Shown here: one piece after another, positions 52,186-64,000 of the stretch
Layout of the letters: each line of letters begins with the position of its first letter
Numbering within the stretch: position 1 is the first letter of the stretch
Assembly: GCF_001194135.2 (NCBI RefSeq)
Contig: NC_069001.1
Coordinates: forward strand, 34,439,053 to 34,503,052
Length of the DNA stretch: 64,000 nt
DNA from: Octopus bimaculoides
Lineage: Eukaryota
Direction: 5' to 3'
The notes under the pieces: model-generated
The model's database searches: none
What the model saw: the letters and a program-made list of their open reading frames with translations, nothing else
What the model was told of the DNA's origin: nothing
Program-made: the position numbers and the translations under genes

Positions 52186-52465
52186 TACATGAATTACCAT
52201 TGAACTTTAAAAGCTCAAAGACAATATAATGTATTGGTATATTTATTTTTTTATATAATATTTTTTTAATATATTATTTTCTTCATTTTGTACTTCTTTG
52301 TAAAAAAACATTTTCATTCTCCCTCTTCTTGAAAATTTGCTATGCAATGAAAGCCGGTTAGAAATCTTTATTGAAATATGCTTCCAGTTTAGCATTCTGC
52401 CTTATTATTTTTCATTTTCCTATTATTTTTCCACGTGCGGTTAACACAACCCCACTATTTACTGA

Positions 52466-52469
<4 letters not shown>
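52186..52469. repeat. Unclassified interspersed repeat, copy 3 (left part lost in an N-gap)
   Basis: Colinear with about 34697-35000. Confidence 0.85.
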
Positions 52470-52499
<30 letters not shown>

Positions 52500-52507
<8 letters not shown>

Positions 52508-52764
52508 TAATAATTAATACACGTATATATAATTATATAAATATAACTATAATAATAAGGGTACTTATGAATAGCACCACATGCTAGAAATAGATGCTAA
52601 ATGGCTCTAAGAACTACAGTTACTTGCTAATGGAGACAGTAACTGTAGTTCTTAGAATCATTTGGCATCTATCTTCAGCATGTGGTAATATTCATTAGTG
52701 CCCTTATTATTATTATAATTGTATTTATATAATTATATATACTTGTATTAGTTATTACCTATAT
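52500..52764. repeat. Long palindrome (arms about 125 bp, 13-nt loop)
   Basis: 52501-52624 is the near reverse complement of 52638-52764; loop TGCTAATGGAGAC. Confidence 0.9.
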
Positions 52765-52837
52765 GGTTCATTACATACTGGCTATATGATAAAATCTTAT
52801 GAAGATTGTATCCTTGATTATTGAATACATACATAAA

Positions 52838-52926
<89 letters not shown>

Positions 52927-52964
52927 ATGCATATATATAGATGGATGGATAGATAGATAGAAGC

Positions 52965-53140
52965 AGGCATGGCTTTGTGGTTAAGAAGTTTGCATCCACA
53001 CCATGTGGTTTTGGATTCAATCCTACTGCATAGCATCTTGAGCAACTGTCTTCTTTTGCAGCCCCAGTTTGAACAATGCTTTGTGAATGGACCTAGGGGC
53101 TGGAAACTAAAAAAGAAACCTGTCATATATGTGTGTTCGG
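52965..53140 (+). mobile_element. SINE family A 5' part
   Basis: GCAGGCATGGCTTTGTGGTTAAGAAGTTTGC... head. Confidence 0.7.
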
Positions 53141-53394
53141 AATTTGTATTTTGCATCCATCTGGGCCCATACAGCCAACATTAAAACTATGAGAATGACA
53201 TTTACACACACACACACGCACACACACATACTTGTATTTCCCAGTATTGTCTGTGCCATGGGATGCTTGTTTGCATTGTTGGAGCTTTCCAATCGTGCCA
53301 CTCCCCTGCTTAGGCAGGCAAGCATGTCTGTGTTGTACAGGGTGGCTCAAAAGTCACAGAGGGGTTTGTTAATTACGTTTTCTTATTTGTAATC

Positions 53395-53670
53395 AGCTCA
53401 CAATTGCAAGGTCACAAGTTTGATTCCTGAGGGTGCATTCTGTCCTTGAGCAAGACACTTTATTTCATGTTGCTCCAGTCTGCTCATCAGGCAAAAATGA
53501 GTTGTACCAGTAATACAACTCCGTGTCATGCCGAATCTCCCTGAGAACTGCATTAAGGGTACGCATGTCTGTGGAGTGCTCAGCCACTTGCATGTCAACT
53601 TCACAAGCAGGCTGTTCCATTGATAGGACCAACTGAAACATTTATCATCATAACTGACAGAATGCTAGTT
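53395..53670 (+). mobile_element. SINE family C
   Basis: Core TGTCCTTGAGCAAGACACTTTATTTCA.GTTGCTCCAGT, reminiscent of V/Meta-type SINE cores. Related copies at 25855-25975, 27205-27400, 27535-27665, 44675-44915 and 45130-45328 (-). Confidence 0.75.
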
Positions 53671-54253
53671 TTAATTTTCAGAATCACATTTTAGATACAC
53701 ATTTTTGCAATTAACACCAATTAGTGGAAAATGCCTCTTACATCGTTTCTGCTAATTATTCTGTTGTTGGAATACTTCTGCTGTAAAGTGGCAATTATTG
53801 TCTTGTGGCAATAAGTCCATCTTAACAAGCGAACTTAGTAAATTTAATAAAATATTTCATCTTTATGTCTACTGTTTATATCAATCAGACTGATGTCTTC
53901 AGCTTGATTGTTGCTTTTACTACATTTCACTTGTTGTACATGCCAACCTTCTTCAGGTTGTTGTATCAGAATTGTGATACAACAGAGGAGAGAGATAGTG
54001 AAAGCAACTATCAAGACAAGGTCACCGTTATGACTAATATAAATGGTAGACATAATATAAAATTCCTCACCTCAGAAACATAGAATTGTATTACATATTT
54101 AATTATAGAATTACAAAAGTGATTTATATATACTTGACTGGTTGGTTTCATAGAAGAGGGTTATTAAAGAAAACCTAATATGGGCCTACTCTGCAGCATC
54201 AGCAACAAGGCCCTTTATAGATTCTCTATTGTTTAAATTAATAACAATATATA

Positions 54254-54474
54254 CGAGAGGGTGCTGAGAAGTTCCTGGCTTTGGGTGAAAGAAAATATGG
54301 GAGGAAGATCAGTTAATTATGATTTTATTCAACATATTTCCCTCTCAAATTCACACACTTTATTGTGACAGTCCTTCAGTTTCTCTAAACCCTGTAAAAG
54401 AGGTTGGAAGGTTGGGCCTCCAGTGAGGCCTTTCACAATACTCTTAAAGCCAGGAACTTTTTAGCATCCCTTTG
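54254..54474. mobile_element. Mariner-type MITE, copy 1
   Basis: About 30-bp TIRs (CGAGAGGGTGCTGAGAAGTTCCTGGCTTT / AAAGCCAGGAACTTTTTAGCATCCCTTTG), flanked by TA. Confidence 0.85.
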
Positions 54475-54494
54475 TATGTATATGTGTATATATG

Positions 54495-54558
<64 letters not shown>

Positions 54559-54775
54559 CAAGGATGTGCTGTAAATTTCTTAGCTTTGGGTAAAAGAAAA
54601 TACAGGAGGATCAATTAATTAGGATTTTGTTCAATATATTCCCCTCTCAGGTTCACACACTAATTGCAGTGGCCCTCCAGTTTTTCTAAGCCAGGTGAAA
54701 GAACTATGAAGGTTGGGCCTCCAGCCAGGCCTTTCCCCATACCCTTAAAGCGAGATACTTTTCAGCATGCCCTCA
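54559..54775. mobile_element. Mariner-type MITE, copy 2 (same orientation, diverged)
   Basis: Colinear with copy 1 throughout, degenerate TIRs, TA flanks. Confidence 0.85.
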
Positions 54776-55231
54776 TAATATAGTACCCCTGATGTTGTCA
54801 TTAGTAAAGTGTAAATATTTGATCATTGTAATAATATGCCATTTTATTACAACTGAACATTCCTGCTACACTCAGTAAGGGAATTTGTCTGTGGTCGCTC
54901 AACCTGTGAAGAAAATAGCAGCTAAACCCCCTTCAAATCACACCCTGCTATTATAAATAACAAAAGGATAAATCAAGTAATGAATCCAATGTTGTCCTAC
55001 ATACTCCTAAAGAGACAAGATGGCCATGGTTGGAACGCCTTTAATCATAGCTCTGCAACTCAATCAGGACTGACACATGGCTACACACCATCAACAACAA
55101 CTACTACTACTATAATCACATCCCTATTCTACCACCACTCATACTTTCACCAATACACTCTACTGAATAGTATTTAATTAAATCATTGGGTCAGCCTGTT
55201 ATTTCAAGACGACCATTAATACACTTCTTAG

Positions 55232-55351
55232 CATTCAAGTGTGGACTGCAATACAGCTCTGTCTTTAAGTTTGTCGAAATATTATTTACCCAGCAAATGT
55301 TGGATAACTGCCAGTTTATGGTCAATGCTACATGCTGCACTGGAGATAGAG
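55232..55351 (+). CDS. Candidate exon (FKCGLQYSSVFKFVEILFTQQMLDNCQFMVNATCCTGDR)
   Basis: Acceptor atacacttcttag, donor G|GTGCGT, 120 nt open, phase 1 to 1. Confidence 0.3.
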
Positions 55352-55486
55352 GTGCGTTATAATTGCATTTCCAGAATCTTATTGAATTTTCTTATGTATA
55401 TATGTGTCTTAAACACTGAAAAGAACCTTTTCCTTTATGATCCTTCCTCCCCAAATACAGATACATAAAAATATATGATGTCCTTT

Positions 55487-55521
<35 letters not shown>

Positions 55522-55687
55522 GTACATACATACATATATTCATACATGTATAAATACATACATTCTCATCTTTGTCATTTTAATGTTCACTTTTCGATGC
55601 TTGCATGCATTTGAAGGAGTTTATTGTGACACATTTTCTGTGGCCACATGCCCTTCTTGACACCATATATTCACCCCCCCCCACACA

Positions 55688-55738
<51 letters not shown>

Positions 55739-55892
55739 GGACACATATATTTCTTTCAGTGAATAGTGGATCTTGAAGCAGATATAACTATAAATAATAA
55801 CATGCAAATATTGTGTTGAAAAATCCTTTTCGACAGAGACAATTGAAGGCTGCCTGTCAACATTATACATAAAGTTAATAATATATATATAT

Positions 55893-56075
55893 GTCATCAT
55901 CATCTTCATCATCATCATCGTTTAACATCTGTTCTCAATGCTGGCTTGGGTTGGACAGATTGTCACAGAGCTGGCCAGATTCTAATTGCGTGCTGTGGCA
56001 TGATTTCTATAACTGGATGCCCTTCCTAATGCCAACCACTTTACAAAGTGTGCTGGGTGCTCTTTACGTGCAAAT
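55893..56075 (-). mobile_element. RTE tail fragment
   Basis: (TCA)n GTTTAACATCTGTTCTCAATGCTGGC...GGATGCCCTTCCTAATGCCAACCAC. Confidence 0.75.
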
Positions 56076-57493
56076 AGAATGGTTGAGTTTATGCAGCACT
56101 GGCCCAAGTGCATTTTACATATCATCAGTACCTGTAAAGGACTAGCCTGTATGTGTGCAGCAATTTTACTTGGCTCAATGCATCTTCTCAAGCACAGCAA
56201 ATCACCACGACTCTCACTTATATATATTGAGAGTGTGGGTTGGCATTCTTTGTCCTTGTGCTTGTCTCTCACTACTGGAGAACCAATGTTGGTTTGTTTA
56301 CATCATCATAGCTTTTTTTTTTATTTTGACAAGTAAAAGCCATAGAATGTCTACCAGACATAAAATAACTGAAACTGGACTTGAAAAGCTTAGTGAATCC
56401 AATCAACCCCAGTTGATTTGATAGTTTAAACCCTAGAAGACAGTGCCCCAGCATGGCCAGTCTAATGACTGAAACCAGTAAATATAGTAAAAGTATAATC
56501 TCTTCTTTTTTGCTGATTTTTGACACCATGGTTTTGGTGATGCAGAAACATTTTGTGATAATGAGGTTATAATAATTTTTATAAATATATCAGTGTTACA
56601 AGAAGGAATTCTTGGGACTTGTGTTTTTCCTAAACAAATTTATTTTTACTACAAAGAAAGCAAAACAAGATTTGCTCCCTTTCCAGTCTAAAACAGTGAA
56701 AATTCCAAAACTTTTGAAAAAAACTGTGCAAGCAAGATTTTAGAGATAGATTTATTTTCCTGCTATAAATATTTGAAGAATGAATTTCAAGTAGTGTTAC
56801 CTGGCTCCCTTACTTGTATCAGAACACTGCAACAATTTAGAGATGCACCCAGACTGATGTGGATATGGTGTGTATTTACGATGAATTGGCAATTCCAGTT
56901 AGGTTAATCCGATAACTTAAATGCTTAACCAACATATTTCTTGTTTTTTTTTAGAAAACCTTATTTTCACGTAGTCTTTTACTTGTTGCTCAATCAGCAA
57001 CCGTATTTAGGATTCAAATAGTTTTCTTTTGCTATCGAAAATTTCAGGGACTCTTTTTTTTTTTTTTGCAGAATAAAACATTGATTTTTGTAGACTTTTC
57101 TTTAGTGAGGAATTAATCTATTATTATTATTTTTATTTTTATTCTTATTTTTTTTTTTGTGGAGAAAAAATGTGGAAGTCAAAATGCTATCTCCATTTCC
57201 TATTGCAGGATATTTTCATTAAAACTACTATTTAAAGCCCGCCAGCATTCTAGAGGCAATTATGATTTAGAAAAATTGTTTAGCAAAAAAAATAAAATAA
57301 AAACTGGAAAGTAAAAAAAAAAATAGTAAATAAAATGACTAAAATAGAAAAAAATTTTGTCAGTCGTTGAATTAAATTTTAATGAAATAAGATGGAATTG
57401 AAGGAAACAAAAATAAACAAACGACAGGTTGTAAATGTTATTTCCATTATTGCAAATCTAATCAATGTGACCGTCTTTAAGTAAATAAAATCA

Positions 57494-57576
57494 ATGACAG
57501 GAAGGCCTAGCATTGATGCAAGATGTCTTTATCCAGAATATCTGTTTAAAAATCTTGCTTCACACTCCTACTTCAG
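57494..57576 (+). CDS. Candidate exon (MTGRPSIDARCLYPEYLFKNLASHSYF), starting at ATG 57494 or at an acceptor at 57501
   Basis: Strong donor CAG|GTAAGC and open frame; the 5' boundary is uncertain. Confidence 0.25.
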
Positions 57577-58309
57577 GTAAGCCTAATGGGAGTTGTGTGC
57601 CTATTTGGATGATAATCAATATCTACCTGCTTATCTTTGCCTCTTTAGTTTCTCTTTCCTTTTCTTTCTTTGTTTAGTTTTATTTAATTTTTTTCTTTTT
57701 CACTCTCTTGTGGTTTCTGTTACAACAGTTCAATTAGTGGCCTGTTTCCTAAAATCACTGCCAACTAATTTTCTATACAGAGATTATCAATGAAAGAATG
57801 CCATGCAAGAAGAATTTGGACAAGCTAAACTACAATTTGTCTTCAGCTTCCATTTTTACATAATTTTTTTCTTTTTTTTTTCTGGCAGATCATGCCTCTC
57901 TGTCTTCTCATTTCTGGCTAATTTAAATACCTGAGTTGTGTAAAATACATTTATTATCGGTGCTGAAAATTTGTGAGAATTTCCAAATGCATACATTTTA
58001 AACCTACAGAAATGGAATTTAAGTTCTTAAATTTTTGTTTGTTTTGGGATTTTTGAAAATTGTAATAATGTTAGAATATAGAAAAAGCAAGAAATAGTCT
58101 TGTATTAGTCATCTTATCTATCACCTGTTGATGAGATGCTGTTGCCTTTCGGTTTTCTTCAACCATATCCACTCACAAGGCTTTAATTGACCCAAGGCTG
58201 TAGTAAAAGACATTTGTCCTAGGTGCCACACTGTGGTTCTGAATCCAAAACCATGTGGTTAGGAAACAAACCCACATAGCAGCACCTGTTTCACTAGATT
58301 GTGATATCA

Positions 58310-58640
58310 AAAAAGGGTTAAGAACCCCTTTTGGTCATGAATGACCATGGAATTGCATCTAGAAAGTTACCCTCCGTGGCACAAGTCTGGGCAAGGTCAT
58401 TTATGGAAGACCAGCAGTCGCCCATGCATACCAGCCTCTCCTCTCCATGCCATTGATGTTATCCAAGGGAAAGGCAAAGGCCAATACATCTTGGCACCAG
58501 TGACTCATTTTGCAATTCATTTCCATAGATGAGTGAACTGGAGCAATGTGAAATAAAGTGTCTTGCTCAAGAACACAACACACAGCCCAGTCTGGGAACT
58601 GAACTCAGTACTTCATGATTGTGAGCCTGTTACTCTAACT
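58310..58640 (-). mobile_element. SINE family C variant
   Basis: Reverse complement of 19745-20035. Confidence 0.75.
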
Positions 58641-58806
58641 TTGTTCACAGTGAATTATTGTCAGTGAACTCTCCTCCAATGAATTGATGCTGATGAACTT
58701 ACTTGTAACCAATGCCAAGGACTTGCATAATCAATAATGCTATTGACCACAAAATGCAATATAAAAATAATAAAAAAAAAATTCGATTAGCATTAAAGCA
58801 AGACAC

Positions 58807-59019
58807 TTAAACCTTTTGCATTCAGGTTACTCAGTCAAATTTAATGCTTATTTAATTCATTAATCATGCATTATCTTGTAGCTTCAAGATCTTGATAATG
58901 TGAGTATTTTAAGAATGATATTGTTGGGTAGATGCAAGAGGACAGATCTGTCTGGTTTGAGTATAAAACAGGTTGAACATTTAGACTGGATATTACTGGC
59001 TTAAATGCTAAAGGGTTAA
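58807..59019. mobile_element. TTAA-flanked MITE (piggyBac-like)
   Basis: TTAAACCTTTTGCATT ... AATGCTAAAGGGTTAA inverted termini, related to the ends of 15679-15795. Confidence 0.7.
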
Positions 59020-59299
59020 GAAACAGCCTATATTAATGATATAAATAGGAATTTTTTATAGAGGGATGAAAAAATAATAAGATAAAATGAAATTCTTGCC
59101 TGTGGCATTTCAAGTCTATTATAAACTAGCAGCAGTAAATATCTAGCTTGGCTTTAGTTTGTTAATACCTAAAATAAATACAGCTTCACGAACTTATATT
59201 TTTCAATAAATTTCATTAAAAAGATGCTGAAAATCTTTAGTCGGCCGGGCAATATTGATTCATTCAGAATTGTTGTTTTTGTGTAAGCCTGGAAGATGT

Positions 59300-59523
59300 A
59301 GGTATGACTGTTTGGTTAAGAAGCTTACTTAGTAACCATGTGGTTCCAGGTTCAAATCCTACTGTGCGGCACCTTGGGTATCTGTCTTCTGCTATAGCCT
59401 TGGGCTGACCAATGCCTTATGGGTGTATTTGGTTGACAAAAACTGCCTGGAAACCCATTGTATACATGTGTGTGTGTGTGTGTGTGTGTAGATAGACAGA
59501 CAGACAGATAGATGGATGGATAA

Positions 59524-59555
<32 letters not shown>

Positions 59556-59760
59556 CTATGTGTCTTTGTGTTTGTCCCCTCCGACATAAACTATTATTTG
59601 ACAATTGGTGTTATTTTGCTTACAACCCTATAACTTAGCAGTTTGGCATAAAAGACTGATAAAATTAGTACCAGACCAAAAAACAAAAACAAAAGAAAAC
59701 AGTAGTTGAATGAATTTGTTCAACTAAACTTTTCAAAGTAATGATCCAGCATGGCCACAG
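59300..59760 (+). mobile_element. SINE family A
   Basis: Head, internal (TG)n(TAGA)n and tail homologous to 5296-5683. Confidence 0.8.
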
Positions 59761-60112
59761 TGAACAATAAATAAACTAGTACAGAACTAAAAGTAATATT
59801 TTATTCTAACATTTTTTATTCATTTGCCTGGAACAACATGGTTTCTTTCTAAATACTGTACTAATTTGTGTAATTACTTTAAATTAATTACTTTTTAAGC
59901 AGTAAATTTTTCCAGTGTTTATTGCATTGCTTAGGGATAAGCAATATTTTTAGTTTTTCTGTTAAGAACTAAAAAAGAATAAATTTCAGGAAAATATCAA
60001 AAAAGATTACAACTTTCTTCATGAAAAAATCTACTCCCTGTGAGTAATTTCAGCTTCTGAGGTACAAAAACTGTTGTCTACAAATTGCAATGTTCACTCT
60101 TAGCTGTTAATA

Positions 60113-60290
60113 TATGAGGATGAGTCAAAAAGTAATACTATGCTGTTTAAGACAGGTATAATTACCAACACAGGAACATGTATCACACATCAAAATGAAG
60201 CTGGTCCTCTGTGGATCACATCCCTACTTCTCAACATAGTCACCATTTCTTTCAGTAGCAATGTTCCACCTTCGAATGAGAGCATGTATC
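60113..60290. mobile_element. Mariner-like terminal fragment
   Basis: Begins TA-TGAGGATGAGTCAAAAAGT, resembling mariner TIRs; it is truncated by a SINE fragment. Confidence 0.5.
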
Positions 60291-61231
60291 CCGGCAGAAT
60301 TTGAACTCAGAACGTAGTGGCAGACAAAATACTGCAAAGCATTTTACCCGGTGTGCTAACAATTCTGCCAGCTCGCCATCTTGGAATCAATATATAAAGG
60401 AAGTTATTGAGGTGGTAAGTTGGCAGAATCATTAATCAGCTGGGCAAAGATGCTTATCGATATTTTGTTTATCTTTACGTTCTGAGTTCAAATTGCGCTA
60501 TGGCTAGTTTTGTCTTTCATCCATTTTGGGGTTGATAAAATAAGTACCCTTGAACACTGGGATTGATGTATCTGACTTCCTCTTCTCCCGACATTGCTGG
60601 CCTTGTGCCAAAATTTACAACCAGTATATGATGGAAGCAAAACGGCTGCTTATAGGAATTGAAACTAGTTCAGAAACTTATCACCAAAGTAGTAGTTTCC
60701 CCCTGGATAGGTCACCTTACCCTACTTCTTCATTATTTTTCAAAATTACATTTTCTTTATTAAAGCACTAACCATACTGACATCAAGTCTGATTTATTCC
60801 TCTCATGCTGTTGCTAACATGGGAAAGTGGCCATAAAACTGCATGTATAATAGATATTGACAGTTTTTCCATTCTCCTACATGATTAGACTTCTTCTGCA
60901 TGAAGAACCAAGTTATGTTTATATTAAAAAAAAAACAAAAAAAAACATTTGCTTCAGGAACTGGTGATTGGTGATATCCTTTGGCCCCTGCTATAAATAA
61001 GATCCAAATAAAAAGCATCTAAATATATATTATTGTATGTATGTATGTTTCTTTCTGGCTCTTTTTTTGTTTTATTGTTATTATTTCAACAGATTCAGTT
61101 AACCTATAACACTCCAACACTTTATTTTTTCAAAGATATATTTTAACTGCGTGATCATCGTTTTCTTTCTCCATCATATGGCTTAGGTTTGGAAATGATT
61201 TCGAATAATTTTACTCATAAATATATGTGTA

Positions 61232-61610
61232 GTGATGGCTGTTTGGTAAGAAGTTAGCTTCCCAACAACGTGGTTCCGAGTTCAGTCCCACTGCATGGCT
61301 TCTTGGGCATGTGCCTTCTACTATAGCCTCAGACATACCAAACACTTGTGCGTAGATTTAGTAGACAGAAACTAAAAGAAGCCCATCATGTATGTGTGTC
61401 TGTGTGTGTGTGCGTGTGTCCCACCGCTGCTTAACAACCAGTGATGGTTTGTTTACATCCCCATAGCTTAGCAGTTCAGCAAAGAGATCAATAGAATGAG
61501 TATCAAGCTTAGCCATAAGCACTGGAGTTGATTCGTTTGACTAAAATTTCTTCAAGGCGGTGCTCCAGTATGATCGCAGTCTAACGATTGAAACAATAAA
61601 AAGATAAAAG
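61232..61610 (+). mobile_element. SINE family A
   Basis: Colinear with 5296-5683. Confidence 0.85.
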
Positions 61611-61635
61611 CTACACATACAGACACATGCATACA

Positions 61636-61712
<77 letters not shown>

Positions 61713-62229
61713 ACACACACACACATATTGGGTTGGACAGGTCATCACTGTCCGAGTCAATCTCATTCAAAGTTACATGTCTTCTGAGTTGTGTCAGGAA
61801 CCATGTCTCTCTCATATGTTCCATTTCTGGCAGGATTTCTATGACCGTTTGTTCTTTCAGTCACCAACCATTTTATTGCTGACATATTTGTCCAGAGTTC
61901 CTTGTTACTACCTTACTGCTCTTAAAAAAATATATATAAAACACATTGAATAATGTAATCCAAAGTATACAGCACCTGTATAAAGATGGGCTGGCCATAA
62001 CTTGAATGTGTTTGGTCATATGTTGACAGGATCAAGCCTAATCTAGAGATTAACAACCACAACAGCAATAACAACACTTATATATCCATTCATTATCTAC
62101 CCATCTTTTCCATCTACTATTCCTGAGGAGGTCATAGAGGTAGGGTCCACAGACACCTCCTCCATAGAGGGTCCTCTCGGAAGCAGCCTTCATTACACTT
62201 TCTGGCTGGGTTCCCAAGTGTGATCACTT

Positions 62230-62665
62230 GAGACTATCCTACTATTCTTTTACTTGTTACAGTCATTGGACTGCAGCCATGCTGGAGCATCACCTTATGG
62301 GGTTTTAGTCAAACAAATCAACCCCCAGGACTTATTCTTTGTAAGCCTAGTACTTATTCTATGGTTTTTTTTTTTTTTTGCTGAACCGCTAAGTTATAGG
62401 AACATAAACACCCCGATATTGGTTGTCAAGCGATGGTGGTGAGGGAAGAAACACACAAATGTATACATACATGGACACATACATACATACATACATATAT
62501 ATATGGTGGGCTTCTCTCAGTTTCTTTCTAACAAATCCACTCACGAGGCTTTGTTTAGCCTGAGGCTATAGTAAAAGAGACTTGTCCAGAGTGCCATGCA
62601 GTGGGACTGAACTCGGAACCATGTTGTTGGGAAGCAAGCTTCTTACCACACAGCCACGCCTGCAC
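62230..62665 (-). mobile_element. SINE family A
   Basis: Reverse-complement tail (62230-62430), microsatellite and head (62505-62665). Confidence 0.8.
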
Positions 62666-63839
62666 CTATTATTATCCAACCAACTCATTCTTGCTCTTCT
62701 TCTAGATCTCTGGTCATTTGGTTCAAATCACATGTCCATAGTACCACAACTATGACCTCTCAATATAGAGAAGTATCGTTAATTAACAGGGTACATAGCT
62801 CAAAGATCAAGCAGGTAATTAATTGCAGAAGGTGACAAGCACAAGCATTGACATTCACAGCCAATGGAGCAGCAATGGAGACATGCTGGTGGGAAGAGAC
62901 GAAGGCGATCATGGGAAGGTGAGGATGAAAGAAGCAATGACAATATTGGGATGGAAGTGAGGTGGAGGCACAGTCCTGGCTGTACCAGAGACCACAGCTA
63001 TGACAGAAAGTGGAGGTGTGGTGTCTAAGTATGCCAAAGAATGAACGAACAGACCTGACGCTGTTTGCAATGCATACATCTCCACATTGACAGGTCACAA
63101 CATTAATTTACTGCTATTTAATTGAGAATATTCTAATGAAAAATCGCATAAAAACAAACTGAATGTGTTTAATCTCAAATAAAAATCAAGACATACCCAG
63201 CCGTAACTAATCAATAGATTTATTTAGAGTCAGTTAATTTGGTAAATCTTATAATTGCTACAAGAATAATTTACAAGTAAGACATTCTTTCAAACTGATT
63301 TTCCAAAATGTAATATAATTTCATAAAGACTTAATTAACACTTTATAAAATTGTTAATGTTGCAACATAGTTCATCTTAATGTAACATTAAGTTGAAGAA
63401 ATTATGCAAGTGGGATATTTGATTATCTCAGACTGAAATTAGGCGTAAAGAAATCATATGATTATGAATACTAAGATCATTGCAAATGAAAAATTGAAAA
63501 CAACACAAGAAAGAAAAATCTGAAATAGTTCTACCTTACAAAGAAGAGCTAAAATTAATTAAAACGTTTGCTGAACTAAATGTTTTAAATTTACCATTAA
63601 GATTCTTCCTTCAATAACTATTTCTCCATTCTGTCTATTTTTATATAGTTTTTCTCTTAAATCTGAGATTTCAGGTTGTTTAGGAACTGGTTAGCAGTAT
63701 CTGCAGGAAAACGGTGGCATTTGAAATATTTTGTGTTTTGTTTTGTTGGTATTTTGTATTTTAAAAAAATGTTTTTCAACTTAAGTCATCAAAGAAAAAT
63801 CCCTAAGATAGTTAACGGCAAATTGAATATATATATATA

Positions 63840-64000
63840 TTTGTTTGTCTCCACTACCATTGCTTGACAACTGATGTTGGTGTGTTTATGTCCCCGTAAT
63901 TTAGCAGTTCAGCAAAAGGGACTGATAGAATAAGTACTAGGCTTACGAAAATTAAGCCCTAGGGTCGATTTGTTCGACTAAAGGCTGTGCTCCAGCATGG
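63840..64000 (+). mobile_element. SINE family A 3' half, cut by the window end
   Basis: GCTTGACAACTGATGTTGGTGTGTTTATGTCCCCGTAA...GCTCCAGCATGG. Confidence 0.8.

Noticed and set aside
61552-61953. ORFs with RRHVTLNEIDSDSDD (-) and QVITVRVNL (+)
   Set aside because: Length is inflated by a (CA)n tract, and there is no adequate acceptor or donor pair.

Overview
AT-rich eukaryotic genomic scaffold with 8 N-gaps and no bacterial-type features (no operons, rRNA, true tRNA or CRISPR). The repeat landscape is dense (TA)n/(CA)n/(TAGA)n/(TAA)n microsatellites, three tRNA-derived SINE families, RTE LINE tails ending in (GAT)n, and TTAA- and TA-flanked MITEs. It strongly resembles an Octopus (coleoid cephalopod) genome; this is my recognition of the repeats, not a database result. 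Nearly all long ORFs in the supplied track are microsatellite or N-gap artefacts. Recognisable protein relics are all transposon-derived: a decayed mariner transposase (20556-21195), three C-terminal fragments of a restriction-like-endonuclease (RLE) non-LTR retroelement, and a Penelope GIY-YIG fragment. Host genes could only be inferred from splice signals and phase-compatible open exons. The best model is a + strand 4-exon 3' end at 23061-26299 (about 145 aa, family not recognised). Weaker models lie at 1.6-11.9 kb (- strand, with a competing + strand reading), 34.0-34.3 kb (-) and 45-58 kb. I found no convincing new biological system. The best leads are two long fold-back hairpins, an exon-like segment with overlapping ATGA stop/start, microsatellite-associated SINE/LINE insertion patterns, and the unassigned gene models.
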